Shown piece after piece: positions 24,831 to 36,634 of a stretch of DNA of 64,000 bases. The position numbers were made by a program, and so were the translations under genes. Positions within the stretch are counted from its first letter, which is position 1. The number at the start of each line of letters is the position of its first letter. Where the stretch lies: positions 72,595,328 to 72,659,327 of the forward strand of contig NC_052155.1 of NCBI RefSeq assembly GCF_902713615.1, written 5' to 3'. The stretch is from Scyliorhinus canicula. Lineage: Eukaryota. Below the pieces are notes generated by a model, which made no database searches, was not told the origin of the DNA, and saw only the letters and a program-made list of their open reading frames with translations.

Positions 24831-26449
24831 TCACCAATTAAAGCCAATCTCCAGACCATTAACAGGAAGAACCCCCTATCTTAAGGCCTCCTGTGATCTA
24901 TCCATCTTATAGCAAGCGGTCATGCTGAAGCCAATTCGTACTCCTATTTAAAATTGTGGCATGCCTTGGAGGGGGGATGGGGAGGGTGAGGGTGGGGAAA
25001 TCTAGGATGACCATATTCGGGGGCGTGGAGGCTGCTCCGCAATGCAGAATAACATGGCAGAGGCTTCACATGTCTCGGATGCAACGTGCATTAATGATAT
25101 ACAATTGTGACCTCAACTGCCCCTAGCATTCAATAGTGCTGTCCCCCCCCCCCCCACAATTCCCACTCACCACTTCCTCCTACCACAATCCCCCCGTACC
25201 CCCCACCTTTCCCCCAGTTCCTTCTCAGTGATCCTCAATCTTCTTAGCCTTCTGTACTCGACACCTATGTCTGGTGTGTCCCCAGGGAGTACATCAGAGG
25301 TGGAGGCAGCCAGGTGCCTCCCGCATCATGTGGACTTCCTCTGGAGGCCCTGTAGCCGGAGGACCCCGGCCCACTTTCCGACGGCACATGCCTCGCTGTG
25401 TCACCGCGTTCCGGACGCTGACTCCAAGACGCGTGTTGTCATAAATCCACGTTTACCAATCATATAATTATTTTTCATGTCCCTACTCCTGATGTCAAAC
25501 TAACAGTAATAGGTTGGTAAATTAATACAGACCCTTAATAATCAATTTAAATAAACTAGGAAAATAACAAAGTTCTTATCATTCTTTTTCAACAATCTGC
25601 AGCACAAAAAACTAAATTATGCTTCCCTTGTGGCCCACCATATAGCAAGGAATATATCAAAATTGACTCTTTTCTCCCACTAAATTGTATTTGCTGTAAA
25701 AAGATGAAGAAAACTTTCCAAGTCTCCAAAGTGAGCTGAAAGTAATTAAAAAAGCTATAATAACCAAAGTAAATTACATTGTTCTGCTGTGCGTTCAGCA
25801 ACTAGTTCAGTCAGCAAAAATTAAATGCCTTGGGTGTTGCAGAGGGACAGAACCACGAGTGCCTAGAGACCACTAAAGACTCTGTTAATATACCTTTCCT
25901 TGGATGAGGCTACCAGAGAACAGATGCAGTGCAAGTGTCTTTGCAAACACAGGCGAGACAAAAATACAGGATGGGCTCACTTTTAAATATTTTCCCTAAG
26001 CCAGCAAGCATAGAGTGCCTCATATACTGAGAGCAGTTAGGGGAGGGAGAGATGGAGAATGTTGAGGGGCAGTTGCCTGTGGAGTGCAAACGTGGGGCAG
26101 GGAAGGGGAATAGATAGTGATGGGGGCAGAACACGATGTGGACAAATTAGAAATGGGAGTGGCCCCACTAATAGGTAAGGACCGCCCAAGGAAAACAAAT
26201 ATTTATATTTTAAATTAAGCCTGTTCTTAGGCCTTGATGGGACTGGATGTTTGGTGCCTGCACCTCAGTTGCATTATGGAGAGGTCCCAAATGTGAATTA
26301 TGTTTAGTGAACCAAGCAAGCCATATATGAGACTCCCATGCCTTCTTGCTGGATGAACATATTCAGTTGTACTGAGCATTGGCTGTATCATGTACATCAA
26401 ACCTCGTGATAATATGAGAAGGTGGCACAACTTGACCTTTGTATTATAA

Positions 26450-27025
26450 GCCTCATTTTTTACTCATCCATTGGATGTGAGAATCGCTCTTTTAGAAGCT
26501 ATTGGGGGCTGCATTCTTGTACTACAGCAGTCTGTAGGCTGTGGGTACACCGACAACATTGCTAGCTTGGGTGTTTGAGGAAATTGACCAAGAGATGATA
26601 AAAGAATGGCACGATAGAGTTCTAAATCAGGATGATCTGTGACTTGGAAGGGGATTTGAAGGTGTTGATGTTTCCAAGCAGCTGCTGCCTTTCTTCTCCT
26701 AGGTCATACAGGCCATGGGTTTGGAAGGTGCTGTTGAAGAAGTCGTGGCCACTTATTGCAGTCCTTCTTGTAGATGGTACACAATGCTGTGACTGCACTG
26801 GTGATGGACAGAGTGAATATTCAAATTTGGTGGTTGGGTACCAATCAAGCGGACTGCTTTGATCTGGATGATGTTGAGTTCTTAGTGTATTATTCGAGCT
26901 GCACTCATTCAAGCAAGTGGAAAATATTCATCACATTCCTCACTTGTGCCTTGTAGCGCACAGGCTTTGGAAAGTCAGGACGGGAGTTACTCACCCTAGA
27001 ACTCCTCGCCTTCAACCTGCTCTTA
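26450..27025 (-). mobile_element. CR1/L2-group LINE 3' fragment (family of 56800-57212)
   Basis: Antisense of ccaaacccatg...ctagaaggacaagagcagcag...gacttggaa. Confidence 0.65.
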
Positions 27026-27026
27026 A

Positions 27027-27866
27027 AAACATAGGAAGTAGGAGTAGGTCATTCGGCCCTTCGAGCCTGCTCCGCCATTCATTATGATCATGGCTGATCA
27101 TCCAACTCAGTAACCTGTTCCTGTTGTCCCCCCATATCCCTTGACTCCAATCCTAAGAGTCAGTCTGGTAAACCTTCGATGTACTCTCTCTGGGGCAAGA
27201 ACGTCTGTGCTCAGATAAGGAGGCCAAAACAGAATACAATATTCCTGATGTGGTCTCACCAAGGCCTTGTATAATTGCAGCAAGACATCCCTGCACCTGT
27301 ACTGGAATCCTCTTGCCATGAAAGCCAACATACCATTTGCTTTCTTTACCATTTGCTGCAACTCAAAGCTTACTTTCAGTGACTGGTGTACAGGGACACT
27401 CAGTTGCACATTCCCTTCTCTCAATCTTTAGCCATTCAGATAATTATCTGCCTTCCTGCTTCCTGCTTTTGCTACCAAAGTGGATAACCTCACATTTATC
27501 CACATTATATTGCACCTGCCATGCATTTTCCCACTCACTCAACTTGTCCAAATCACATTGTAGCATCTCTGCACCCTCCTCACAGCTCACCCTCCCACCC
27601 AGTTTTGTGCCATCTGCAAATTTGGAGATATTACATTTAGTTCCCTCTTCTAAATCATTAATAAGAAATACATTGTGAATAGTTGGGGTCTCAGCACTGA
27701 TCCCTGTGGTACCCCAATAGTCACTGCCTGCCATTTTGAAAAATACCAGTTAATTCCTACTCTTTGTTTCCTGTCTGCCAACCAGTTTCCTATTCATCTC
27801 AATACCCTACACCTAATCCCATGTGCTTTAATTTTCGAAGCTAATTTATTGTGTGAGACTTTATTG
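27027..27866 (-). mobile_element. CR1 LINE 3' fragment
   Basis: INDLEEGTKCNISKFADGTKLGG...WQVQYNVDKC and LYKALVRPHQEYC; CR1 tail cctactcctacttcctatg. Confidence 0.9.
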
Positions 27867-27882
27867 AAATTGGGGTCAGTTT

Positions 27883-29063
27883 TGTTGCTCGTTCTGGGTG
27901 AGTGTGCTTAACACTTGATTTGGCTCTGTTTCGTTACTTAGCTTTGGAGTCGCTAGGTATCGTTAAGATACCGCCACAAGTTTCAAGGTCAAGTTCAAAG
28001 CAATAAAACCATACACCAATTAGTAAGTTCAAACAAATGAGTTTATTATAATACAATTATAAACTACTCATGCACACGCTAAGATAACTAAACTATTTCT
28101 ACCACTAAATAGACCAATACTTATCTGAATAAGGAACTGCCGGATCGGGGACAAGGGCCTCTTGCTCTGCACTGGGTCCGCAGACTTCAGGTTGGTACGG
28201 GTTAAAAGGGGTCAGGAGTGTCTATCTCTGGTAGCGATCGTTGTGAGACACTTACTTGCTGGCGGCTGCTGTCCGAACCTCTCCTCTCTCTCGGTCAAGG
28301 TCTTCTTCGGTAAAGGCTGGTCGAGAGGGCTGGTCAAGAGAGGAGGGCTAGGGCAGCACGGTGGCCTAGTGGTTAGCACAACCGCCTCACGGCGCTGAGG
28401 TCCCAGGTTCGATCCCGGCTCTGGGTCACTGTTCGTGTGGAGTTTGCACATTCTCCCCGTGTCTGCGTGGGTTTCGCCCCCACAACTCAAAAAAAAAAAT
28501 GTGCAGAGTAGGTGGATTGGCCACGCTAAATTGCCCCTTAATTGGAAAAAATAATTGGGTAAACTAAATCTTTTAAAAAAAAGAGAGGAGGGCTGGTCAA
28601 GAAGACCAAACTGAGTTTGGGACCTGTCTTTTATAGGTCCCAGGGCTTCACGCCCTTTTGGGCGGACCCTCTATCTGCTGGGGATCGATTGGGTCTCTTC
28701 CCAATCGATTTGTTTGAATCCCCCCCAATACTGAGGCTGTCCCTTGACTACTGGGAGGGCCTTCAGGTGCTTTGTCTTCGAACCCCGCTGGTGCCGGGGT
28801 GTCTGGCTTCCCATACAATGTTGCAATCACTTCCCTATTTGTGTCCTTTGTCCCTGGGATCGTTCCATTACTATGCTAACTGTCCCGGAGATTGCCTCAT
28901 TAGTATGCGGAATGTTCGTTTCGGTGCTGTCTGCTCTCTTAGCAGACAGAATACACAGTGGCTTGTTGCAGCCTGCTTGTGCTGCAAACTTTGTCCATTT
29001 TACCCTGCAAGCTTTGCGTTCCTCCATTTTGTATTGAGGGAATGGCCAACTTCGGTGGCTACA
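27883..29063 (-). mobile_element. Solo LTR, ERV-like (~935 bp after removing the SINE)
   Basis: TGTTGC...GCTACA termini, 5-bp flanks agttt/ggttt; minus-strand TATAAAA at ~28630-28636 and AATAAA at ~28042-28047. Confidence 0.7.
28350..28580 (+). mobile_element. Short V-SINE variant (tail C) inserted in the solo LTR
   Basis: 14-bp TSD aagagaggagggct (28336-28349 / 28581-28594). Confidence 0.9.
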
Positions 29064-29826
29064 GGTTTGATTCTGCACTGCCATTTCTGGAATGAGGCCC
29101 CAGGTGGAAATGGAGGCGGGCAGTTGCCAAGACTGGCAGGCTGGAAGGCTTGAATCCATTCACAGGAACATCAGCCCAGATGTATTCATGACTGTCAGGC
29201 CCCAGAGTGCTCAAAACTCACCCCCTTCACCTGGCCTCTACTCCATATCTCCAAACTAACATGACTCATCCATTCTGCCATGCCCCTCATGGACCTTCTG
29301 TACCTGCTCACCCAAATTCCATGTACAGAACTCATGAGCCCTATAATGATGCCGGAGAATCTTTGAAATACTCATCAAAATAAATAAACAGATAGCCATT
29401 CAAACTCCAGTGGAATAATGTCACTCCTCTTAAGTGCTCATAAATCTGACAAAATAAACAGCCATTCAAAAACCTCTTCAAAATCTTTTAAACCTATTAA
29501 CTTCTTATTAAAATATAATTCAAACAAAAGTCACAGCTCCGTTCACAACTGTCCAAATAGTCCCTGCTGAGCTGAATCCATTCATGTGGTTTGGAACTCA
29601 GTCTTATATTCATAATGTGTTTCACTTGCACACTTGAATAAACAAACTTTCCAGAGATGAAAGCAACAGAGCCTTTGAAGTTGATGGTTTTTCAACGGCT
29701 CAGCAGATAGACTTATAACCAAAGAAGTCAGGCATCTGTTCAGTTTTTGCAAAGGCTCAACAGATGTCTAGGCTTTAAATCAATGTTGAAATCAAAGCAC
29801 AGAATCCACATAATACAGTATTATAC

Positions 29827-30158
29827 AGCGGCAGCACAGTGGTTAGCACAGTTGCTTCACAGCTCCAGTGTCCCAGGTTTGATTCCCGGCTTGGGTCATT
29901 GTCTGTGCAGAGTCTGCACCTTCTCCCCGTGTCTGCGTGGGTTTCCTCTGGGTGCTCCAGTTTCCTCTCATAGTCCAAAAATATGCAGCTTAGGTGGATT
30001 GGCCATGCTAAATTGACCTAAATGTCCAAAATGTTTGGGTGGGGTTACTGGGATACAGGGATAAGTTGGAAGTGTGGACTTGGGTGGGGTGCTCTTTCCA
30101 AGAGCCGATGCAGACTCGATGGGCCAAATGGCCTCTTCCTGCACTGTAAATTCTATGA
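29827..30158 (+). mobile_element. HE1/V-SINE, tail A
   Basis: Complete head, core and tail. Confidence 0.9.
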
Positions 30159-30625
30159 TCCAATTCTCGATACTGGTGAATGCACAACACTCTTTATCCA
30201 CTGGAGAAAGTACTCTAATGTATTTGAACAGTTACATAAGGCTGATCAAAATAATGGTCACTTAACTTTTAAGGAAAGAGACCTAAAATCAATCAGTACA
30301 GTTACAATATACTCGACGTACACTGCATCTATTTATGACATTTGAAGTTGGCAGCACCTTTAAACCTATCTGTCAAAGGTTATGGGAGGGTTCTCCATCC
30401 GGGGACGCTCGGATTGCATCCCCCAATGCAAAGGTGAATCGGGTGTCGGGGCAAAATCGGGATTAATGCTGGGCACCAATCCCAACGGGATGCTCCGACC
30501 CCTGGAATTGTGGTCAAGCCGTGGGCCTGTGGGAGCATTTAGCTTGGCCAGCACCCTCCATTTTCCCTGGTCCCTGCGGCCAGGAATAACTTTTAGTCTC
30601 TACCAGCGTGGCCCATATTTTAATC

Positions 30626-30980
30626 TTTTCTTTTATTCATTCATGAGACGTAGGCATCGCAGGCTGTGCCAGTATTTATTGCGCATCCCTAATTGCCCTT
30701 GAGGGGGCAGTTACGAATCAACCATATTGCTGTGGATCTGGAGTCACATGTAGGGCAGACCTGGTAGGGATGGCAGATTTCCTTCCCTGAAGGACATTAG
30801 TGAACCAGCTGGGCTTTTACGAAAATCGACAATGGTTTCATGGTCATCCTTAGACTTTTAATATCAGATATTTTATTGAATTTAAATGCCATGGTGGGAT
30901 TTGAATCCTGGTCGTCAAATCATTATCCTGGGTCTCTGGATTACCAGCCTAGCGGCAATACCAGTATGCTACCGCCTCCC
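30626..30980 (-). mobile_element. MER131/MetaSINE-like SINE
   Basis: Reverse complement of the family at 17985-18337. Confidence 0.75.
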
Positions 30981-31915
30981 CATCTATGTAACCATTCAGA
31001 AAGTAATGGATATGGGGCAATCCTGCCCAATTTTACTTTCTACTAAAGCCAATAGAGAGTTACATTTGACGTTCCACCCAATCCTTTGGTTTCCTACCCA
31101 AGAGTCAGGTTAATTTTTCCGCCACAATATTTTACAACCAGTTATCAAAACCACTTTAGTCACAGTTGGAAATTTATTGAAACAAATAGCTTTTGAACTC
31201 TATCAATTAATTACATTTTGGTTTACCAATTCCCACTGAACCTGTATCATTACAACTGTTCGGAATCCAATTTATTGAAAAACTGTTTCTTTGACACAAA
31301 AGATGTTCAGCGACAAACTTTAGTTTGCTGCGGCATGTCACACAAAAGCAATATTTTACATATGTGATAATGCCAATGAACACGCGATAATCAACTTGTT
31401 AATCTGCTGGTATGATCCCTACAGACTGTTGGCATATTAGGATATGTATACATTAGAGTCACGACTTTCTGTCCAGCACAATATACAATAAGCCTTGGCA
31501 CTGAGTCCTGCTGTAATTACTGCAGGAGGGTCAATGGCCATTGGCATTAATTGCATTACTACACTTGTTGCCATTCTGGGCAGGGGTGCTAATTACTGAA
31601 CGTTATGAAATTACTTTAAATTCTCTGTCATATCTTCTATCATGGAAAAGGTCAGTCTTAATGTTGAAACTTCAACCAATTTTCACACTTTTGCATATTC
31701 TATTAATCATGACTAACTGCAATTCAGTATTGTTGGAAGTACATTGGCACTGAAGGTGTGATTTTAATCCAACCCTCAAAGAAGAAATGGGTGGATGGGA
31801 CGGTAAAATCGGCTGAGTGTGTTGTTGCACTTGTGTCCTGACCGCTTTGCACTCTCTTCAGTTTTAAACTAATCTTCGGGGAAAGTAACACACCTGCCTG
31901 AAGCCATCAAACTCT

Positions 31916-32608
31916 GGGCGGGATTCTCCCGTACCCGTCGGTGCTGGGGGTCCTGGCGGGACGGAGTGCTGTGAACCACTCTGGCGTCGGCCCACCCCAA
32001 AGGTGCGGAATCCTCCGCACCTTCAGGGGCTAGGCCGGCACCGGAGTGGTTTGCGCCCCGCCAAGGCCTTCCATGCCAGCCGGCGGGGCGCAAACCACTC
32101 CGGGGCCGAAGGGACTCCGCCAGCTGGCGAGAGTCCGTGCATGCTCGTGTGCGTCAGTGGCTGCTGACGTCATCCCCGTGCATGGTGGGGGTCACCTACG
32201 CGTCAGCCATCGCGGAGGCTGACACGGCTGACACGTCGGAAAAGAGTGCCCCCACGGCACAGGCCCGCCCGCGGATCGGTGGGCCCCGACCGCAGGCCAG
32301 GCCACCGTGGGGGGACCCCCCGGGGCCAGATCGCCCCGCACCCCCCCCAGGACCCTGGAGCCCGCCGAAGCCACCAGGTCCCGCTGGTAAGGGACCTAGT
32401 CTGATCCACGCCGGCAGGACCGGCAAAAAGCCAGCGGGACTTTGGCCCATCGCGGGCCGGAGAATTCGGGCAGCCCCGGGGCCCATTGAGTTGCGCCAGT
32501 CCCCGTCATTCTCCGAGGCAGGCGGCGCAACTTACGCCTCGCCGACTTTTGGAGGGCCGGAGAATTCGGCGGGTGCGGGATTCACGTCGATCCCCGGCGA
32601 TCCCGCCC
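31916..32608. mobile_element. Harbinger-type MITE (young GC-rich family)
   Basis: TIR gggcgggat...atcccgccc, TSD tct/tct; homologous to 42886-43589 and 57278-57699. Confidence 0.85.
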
Positions 32609-33074
32609 TCTTTGTTTAAATATGGAGATCAGAATAGCATTACTGGAATTTAACTACAGTTTTAGCTGCTTTCCTGAGCAAGGAAACCATGATAGCTTTC
32701 CTGCTCGGTAAACACAGTGGGCAGATGATGTGGTGACAGAAAAGGGCACATAAGATAATCCTTTATACTTTCCTTCAGGGAACAGATGGAGCAGGAGCAC
32801 TGATTTAGGCCCCCAAGGAGAGTTTTGGTCTTCCCCGTTCCATGCTGCCCTCCCTTTTCCCTTGCTACCTTGTCTTGCTGGTGAGCCCCGCTGTTTAACT
32901 TTTGTTCCTGCTGCCTCCCAGCTGTTTCGACAGGCAGTTGACCATCAATAGATCGATGAAGCCCAGGAATTTGAAATGCTGAGATCTCACGCTACTGTGG
33001 CCGGTGTGGGGGTGGGAGTAGGTTGTAACCTTAATACCATTCCCACCCAAATCCTGTTCCGAGTTAACATTTAA

Positions 33075-33299
33075 AAAAAATAAATTTAGTGTATCCAATT
33101 AATTTTTTTCCAATTAAGGGGCAATTTAGCATGGCCAGTCCACCTACCCTGCACATCTTTGGATTGTGGGGGTGAAACCCACGCAAACACGGGGAGAATG
33201 TGCAAACTCCAGATGGACAGTGACCCAGAGCCGGGATCGTTCCTGGGACCTCGGCGCCGTGCGGCAACAGGGCTAACCCACTGTGCCACCGTGCTGCCC
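33075..33299 (-). mobile_element. Short V-SINE variant (tail C)
   Basis: 16-bp TSD ccgagttaacatttaa (33059-33074 / 33300-33315). Confidence 0.9.
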
Positions 33300-33992
33300 C
33301 CGAGTTAACATTTAAGTATTAGCTTATTTAATCAATAGAAATGTATTGCGTACCATTGTGTACGAGCTTTGTGCCATTTCCAATTCCCAATTTGAATTTG
33401 CTTCTGAACATTTAAGCTGATTGCTAGAACTGTAATTTATGAGCAACCAATTGTAGGTGCGAGTGATCTGAGTAGGTACTGCCTTCACAAAAATATTTGA
33501 CAAATCTCACGTCACTTGTTTACAAATTTTACCTGGTCTCACCACTGCAAAAAAAATAACCTCAGCAATTTTTTTTAAAAGGTTGCTGAACATGTTTTGA
33601 TGCAGACAGTATCCTTCTAATTTCATTTGCCCAAAGTTTTAGATGTGTGCATCAGACCATGAAGTAACTTACATTTTTTAGTTAACCATCTGACTGAATT
33701 AAGCTTGCTTTTTAAAATTATGCTGGAGCTTCCAGATTTATTTGCAGTAGTTTGGCTCTCAAGCTGTTCCTGATGAATGCCACCAACTGTCGTCCATTTT
33801 ACCCATGAATATTTGATTGACTTTTGTGGAACAGGATATTGAGAGAACCAGAGCCAGCTTGAGATGTTGGAATCAAATGAACGAGGTTCAAGGGATTATT
33901 GCTCAGACAATCTGACTAAGAAAGCTTGATGAAAATGTTGCAAACAGGAGGTTGAAGGACACAGACAGGAAGTACACTCAAGGCTGTTTATA

Positions 33993-34292
33993 TGGCAGGG
34001 GTTAGCATGTTGCTTCACAGTGCCAGGGACCTGGGTTTTATTCCCGGCTTGGGTCACTGGCTGTGCGGAGTCTGCCCGTTCTCTCTGTGTCTGCGTGGGT
34101 TTTCTTTGGGTGCTCCAGTTTCCTCCCACAAGTCCCGAAAGATGTGCTTGTTAGGTGAATTGGACATTTTGAATTCTCCCTCAGTGTACCCGAACAGGCG
34201 CCGGAATGTGGCGACTAGGGGATTTTCACAGCAACTTCATTGCAGTGTTAATGTAAGCCTACTTGTGACACTAATAAAGATTATTAGATTAT
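33993..34292 (+). mobile_element. V-SINE with tail B
   Basis: Same structure as 2583-2893; immediately followed by another SINE. Confidence 0.85.
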
Positions 34293-34564
34293 ATATGGGC
34301 AGCACGGTAGCATTGTGGATAGCACAATTGCTTCACAGCTCCAGGGTCCCAGGTTCGATTCCGGCTTGGGTCACTGTCTGTGCGGAGTCTGCACATCCTC
34401 CCAGTGTGTGCGTGGGTTTCCGGTGCTCCGGTATCCTCCCACAGTCCAAAGATGTGCAGGTTAGGTGGATTGGCCATGATAAATTGCCCTTAGTGTCCAA
34501 AATTGCCCTTAGTGTTGGGTGGGGTTACTGGGTTATGGGGATAGGGTGGAGGTGTTGACCTTGG

Positions 34565-34859
34565 TGATGTACCATCAATTGGACTCGAGGCGTGAAGAAG
34601 TTCCATATATCAGGCTTTAATCAACTAGTTGTGTGCCCGGCAGTCGACTTACAGAGAAAGGCCGATTGCCGGGTCCTACGGGTTCTTATACCCCACCTCG
34701 TAGGCAGGACTACTTGCCTCTCGGCCAATGGGTGAGCAGTCACATGACTAGCCTCAACCAATCAGCAGAGAGGCACATGACCGGCCTGAGCCAATGGGCA
34801 GCGAGTGCTCTGCACCAATGGCAGATAGGTACCGTAAACCTCCTAGTTATCCCACCACA
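34565..34859 (-). repeat. 3' LTR
   Basis: Direct repeat of 35964-36258. Confidence 0.95.
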
Positions 34860-35149
34860 TTCACCCCTTGTGGAGAAAGAAGCCGGTGGGGGGCAGGAGT
34901 AAGAAGTGGGGGGGGGGGGCTGTTGGACTGGTGGTATGACTAGAGAGAACGAGGTGTACCGAGGTAAATGATGGCTGCCCACTGGCTCGCGACGACTGTG
35001 CAGATACAAGAATGGCAATGAACAGTACATAATTAGAAATAAAACGCAAAACATGTGCAACTTGTACATTGTGGGGTCCGTGAGCGGGGGCAGACAGGCC
35101 TGTGTGCCGTGCGGGGCCCTGGAGGAGCACGGGGGGGTGATCCGCGGTC

Positions 35150-35948
35150 GTGCGTGGAACAGCGGTGACCGACTTTGATTGACAGGCCACTGAACAGTAA
35201 CCTTTCTTATCGCACTCTTACAGACTGCGGCGCGGGCCGGACAGCGTGGGCGGGGGTGCTTGGCCAGGCCACAGAAGTAACAGCGGGGCCCCGTGAGCTT
35301 ATCGGGGTGCCCCGCAGCGCAGGCCTGGGGGAGGGGGGGGACGGAGTCGGCAAGGGACAGGGGGGTTGCGTGCCACGTAGCCCAAGGGGCTGCCGTGCGG
35401 CCGGGGGCTTATGCGCGGGCGTTTCGGTCGGCAACCTCCAAAGAGGATGCAAGGGTCCATGCCTCAGCGAGGCTTAAAGTGTCCTTTTCTAATAGTCGCT
35501 GGCGTATTGCAGAAGGTTGCATGCCTGCAACGAAGGCATTCCGAATTAACAGTTCCATATGTTCTGCCGCAGTAACTTGCGGGCAGGCGCAGTTTCTCCC
35601 CAAGACAACGAGGGCTCGATAAAATTCATCAAGGGACTCACCGGGTAACTGCTGCCTTGTAGCCAGGAGATGCCGTGCGTAGACTTGGTGAACAGGCCTG
35701 AGAAAATGTCCTTTCAGAAGGTCCATGGCCGCGTCATAGTCTTGTTCATCCTCAATCATCGAGTAGACGGTGGTGCCCACGCACGAGTGGAGGATGTGGA
35801 GTTTCTGCTCCTTGGTGGGCTGGCTGCCTGTGGTGGAGAGGTAGCTGTTGAAGCACGCCAGCCAATGTTTAAAAGTTGCTGACGCGTTTGTAGCATGCGG
35901 GCTGATGCGGAGGCAGTCTGGTTTGATCCGAAGCTCCATTTCCAACAT
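35150..35948 (-). pseudogene. gag: gag (capsid plus two zinc knuckles), premature stop at 35409-35411
   Basis: FKHWLACF...ARHLLATRQQLPGESLDEFYRALVVLGRNC...LIRNAFVAGM; downstream CYFCGLAKHPRPRC and a degenerate CKxCDKKGYxxxxC at ~35180-35285. Confidence 0.88.
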
Positions 35949-35963
35949 TCTAGTTGATTAAAT

Positions 35964-36258
35964 TGATGTACCATCAATTGGACTCAAGTCGTGAAGAAGT
36001 TCCATATATCAGGCTTTAATCAACTAGTTGTGTGCCCGGCAGTCGACTTACAGAAAAAGGCCGACTGCCAGGTCCTACGGGTTCTTATACCCCGCCTCGT
36101 AGGCGGGACTACTTGCCTCTCGGCCAATGGGTGAGCAGTCACATGACTAGCCTCAACCAATCAGCAGAGAGGCACATGACGGACCTGAGCCAATGGGCAG
36201 CGAGTGCTCTGTACCAATGGCAGATAGGTACCGTAAACCTCCTAGTTATACCACCACA
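35964..36258 (-). repeat. 5' LTR
   Basis: Direct repeat of 34565-34859; four CCAAT boxes, TATAAG at ~36084-36089, ATTAAA at 36015-36020 (minus strand). Confidence 0.95.
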
Positions 36259-36634
36259 CTTGGGTAGGGTGCTCTTTCCAGGAGCCGGTGCAGACTCGAT
36301 GGGCTGAATGGCCTCCTTCTGCAGGGTAAATTCTATGATAATCTATGATATGGCCAGAACCGTTTTGGCCGTTCACACTGGCGGAATCTTCCGTTCCTGC
36401 CAATGGAGCACCCACATCGTGGATTCCCCCGTGGTAAGGGGAGCATTCAACGGGAAAGCCTGTTGATAGCGGTGGGACCAGAATATCCCGCTGCCAGCCA
36501 ATGACGGGCCACCTCCCACCACCACGAAATACATGGTGGCTAATATTCTCTGAGAAAATTCAGCACTGGTCGTCCTGACATTATTCTTGTTTGCTATTGT
36601 TAAATGTATTGTGAATTGTTTCCCTTACAAATTG

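Larger units (their letters stand above)
34565..36258 (-). mobile_element. Ty3/Gypsy (Mag-like) LTR retrotransposon, gag-only and non-autonomous, 1694 bp
   Basis: Two 295-bp TG...CA LTRs (~11 differences counted), 5-bp TSD cttgg, purine tract aaggggtgaa before the 3' LTR, gag remnant, no pol. Confidence 0.95.
34297..36349 (+). mobile_element. HE1/V-SINE (tail A) split by the LTR element (34297-34564 and 36259-36349)
   Basis: The two halves rejoin to ggtgttgaccttgggtagggtgctc once the insert and one cttgg copy are removed. Confidence 0.92.
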
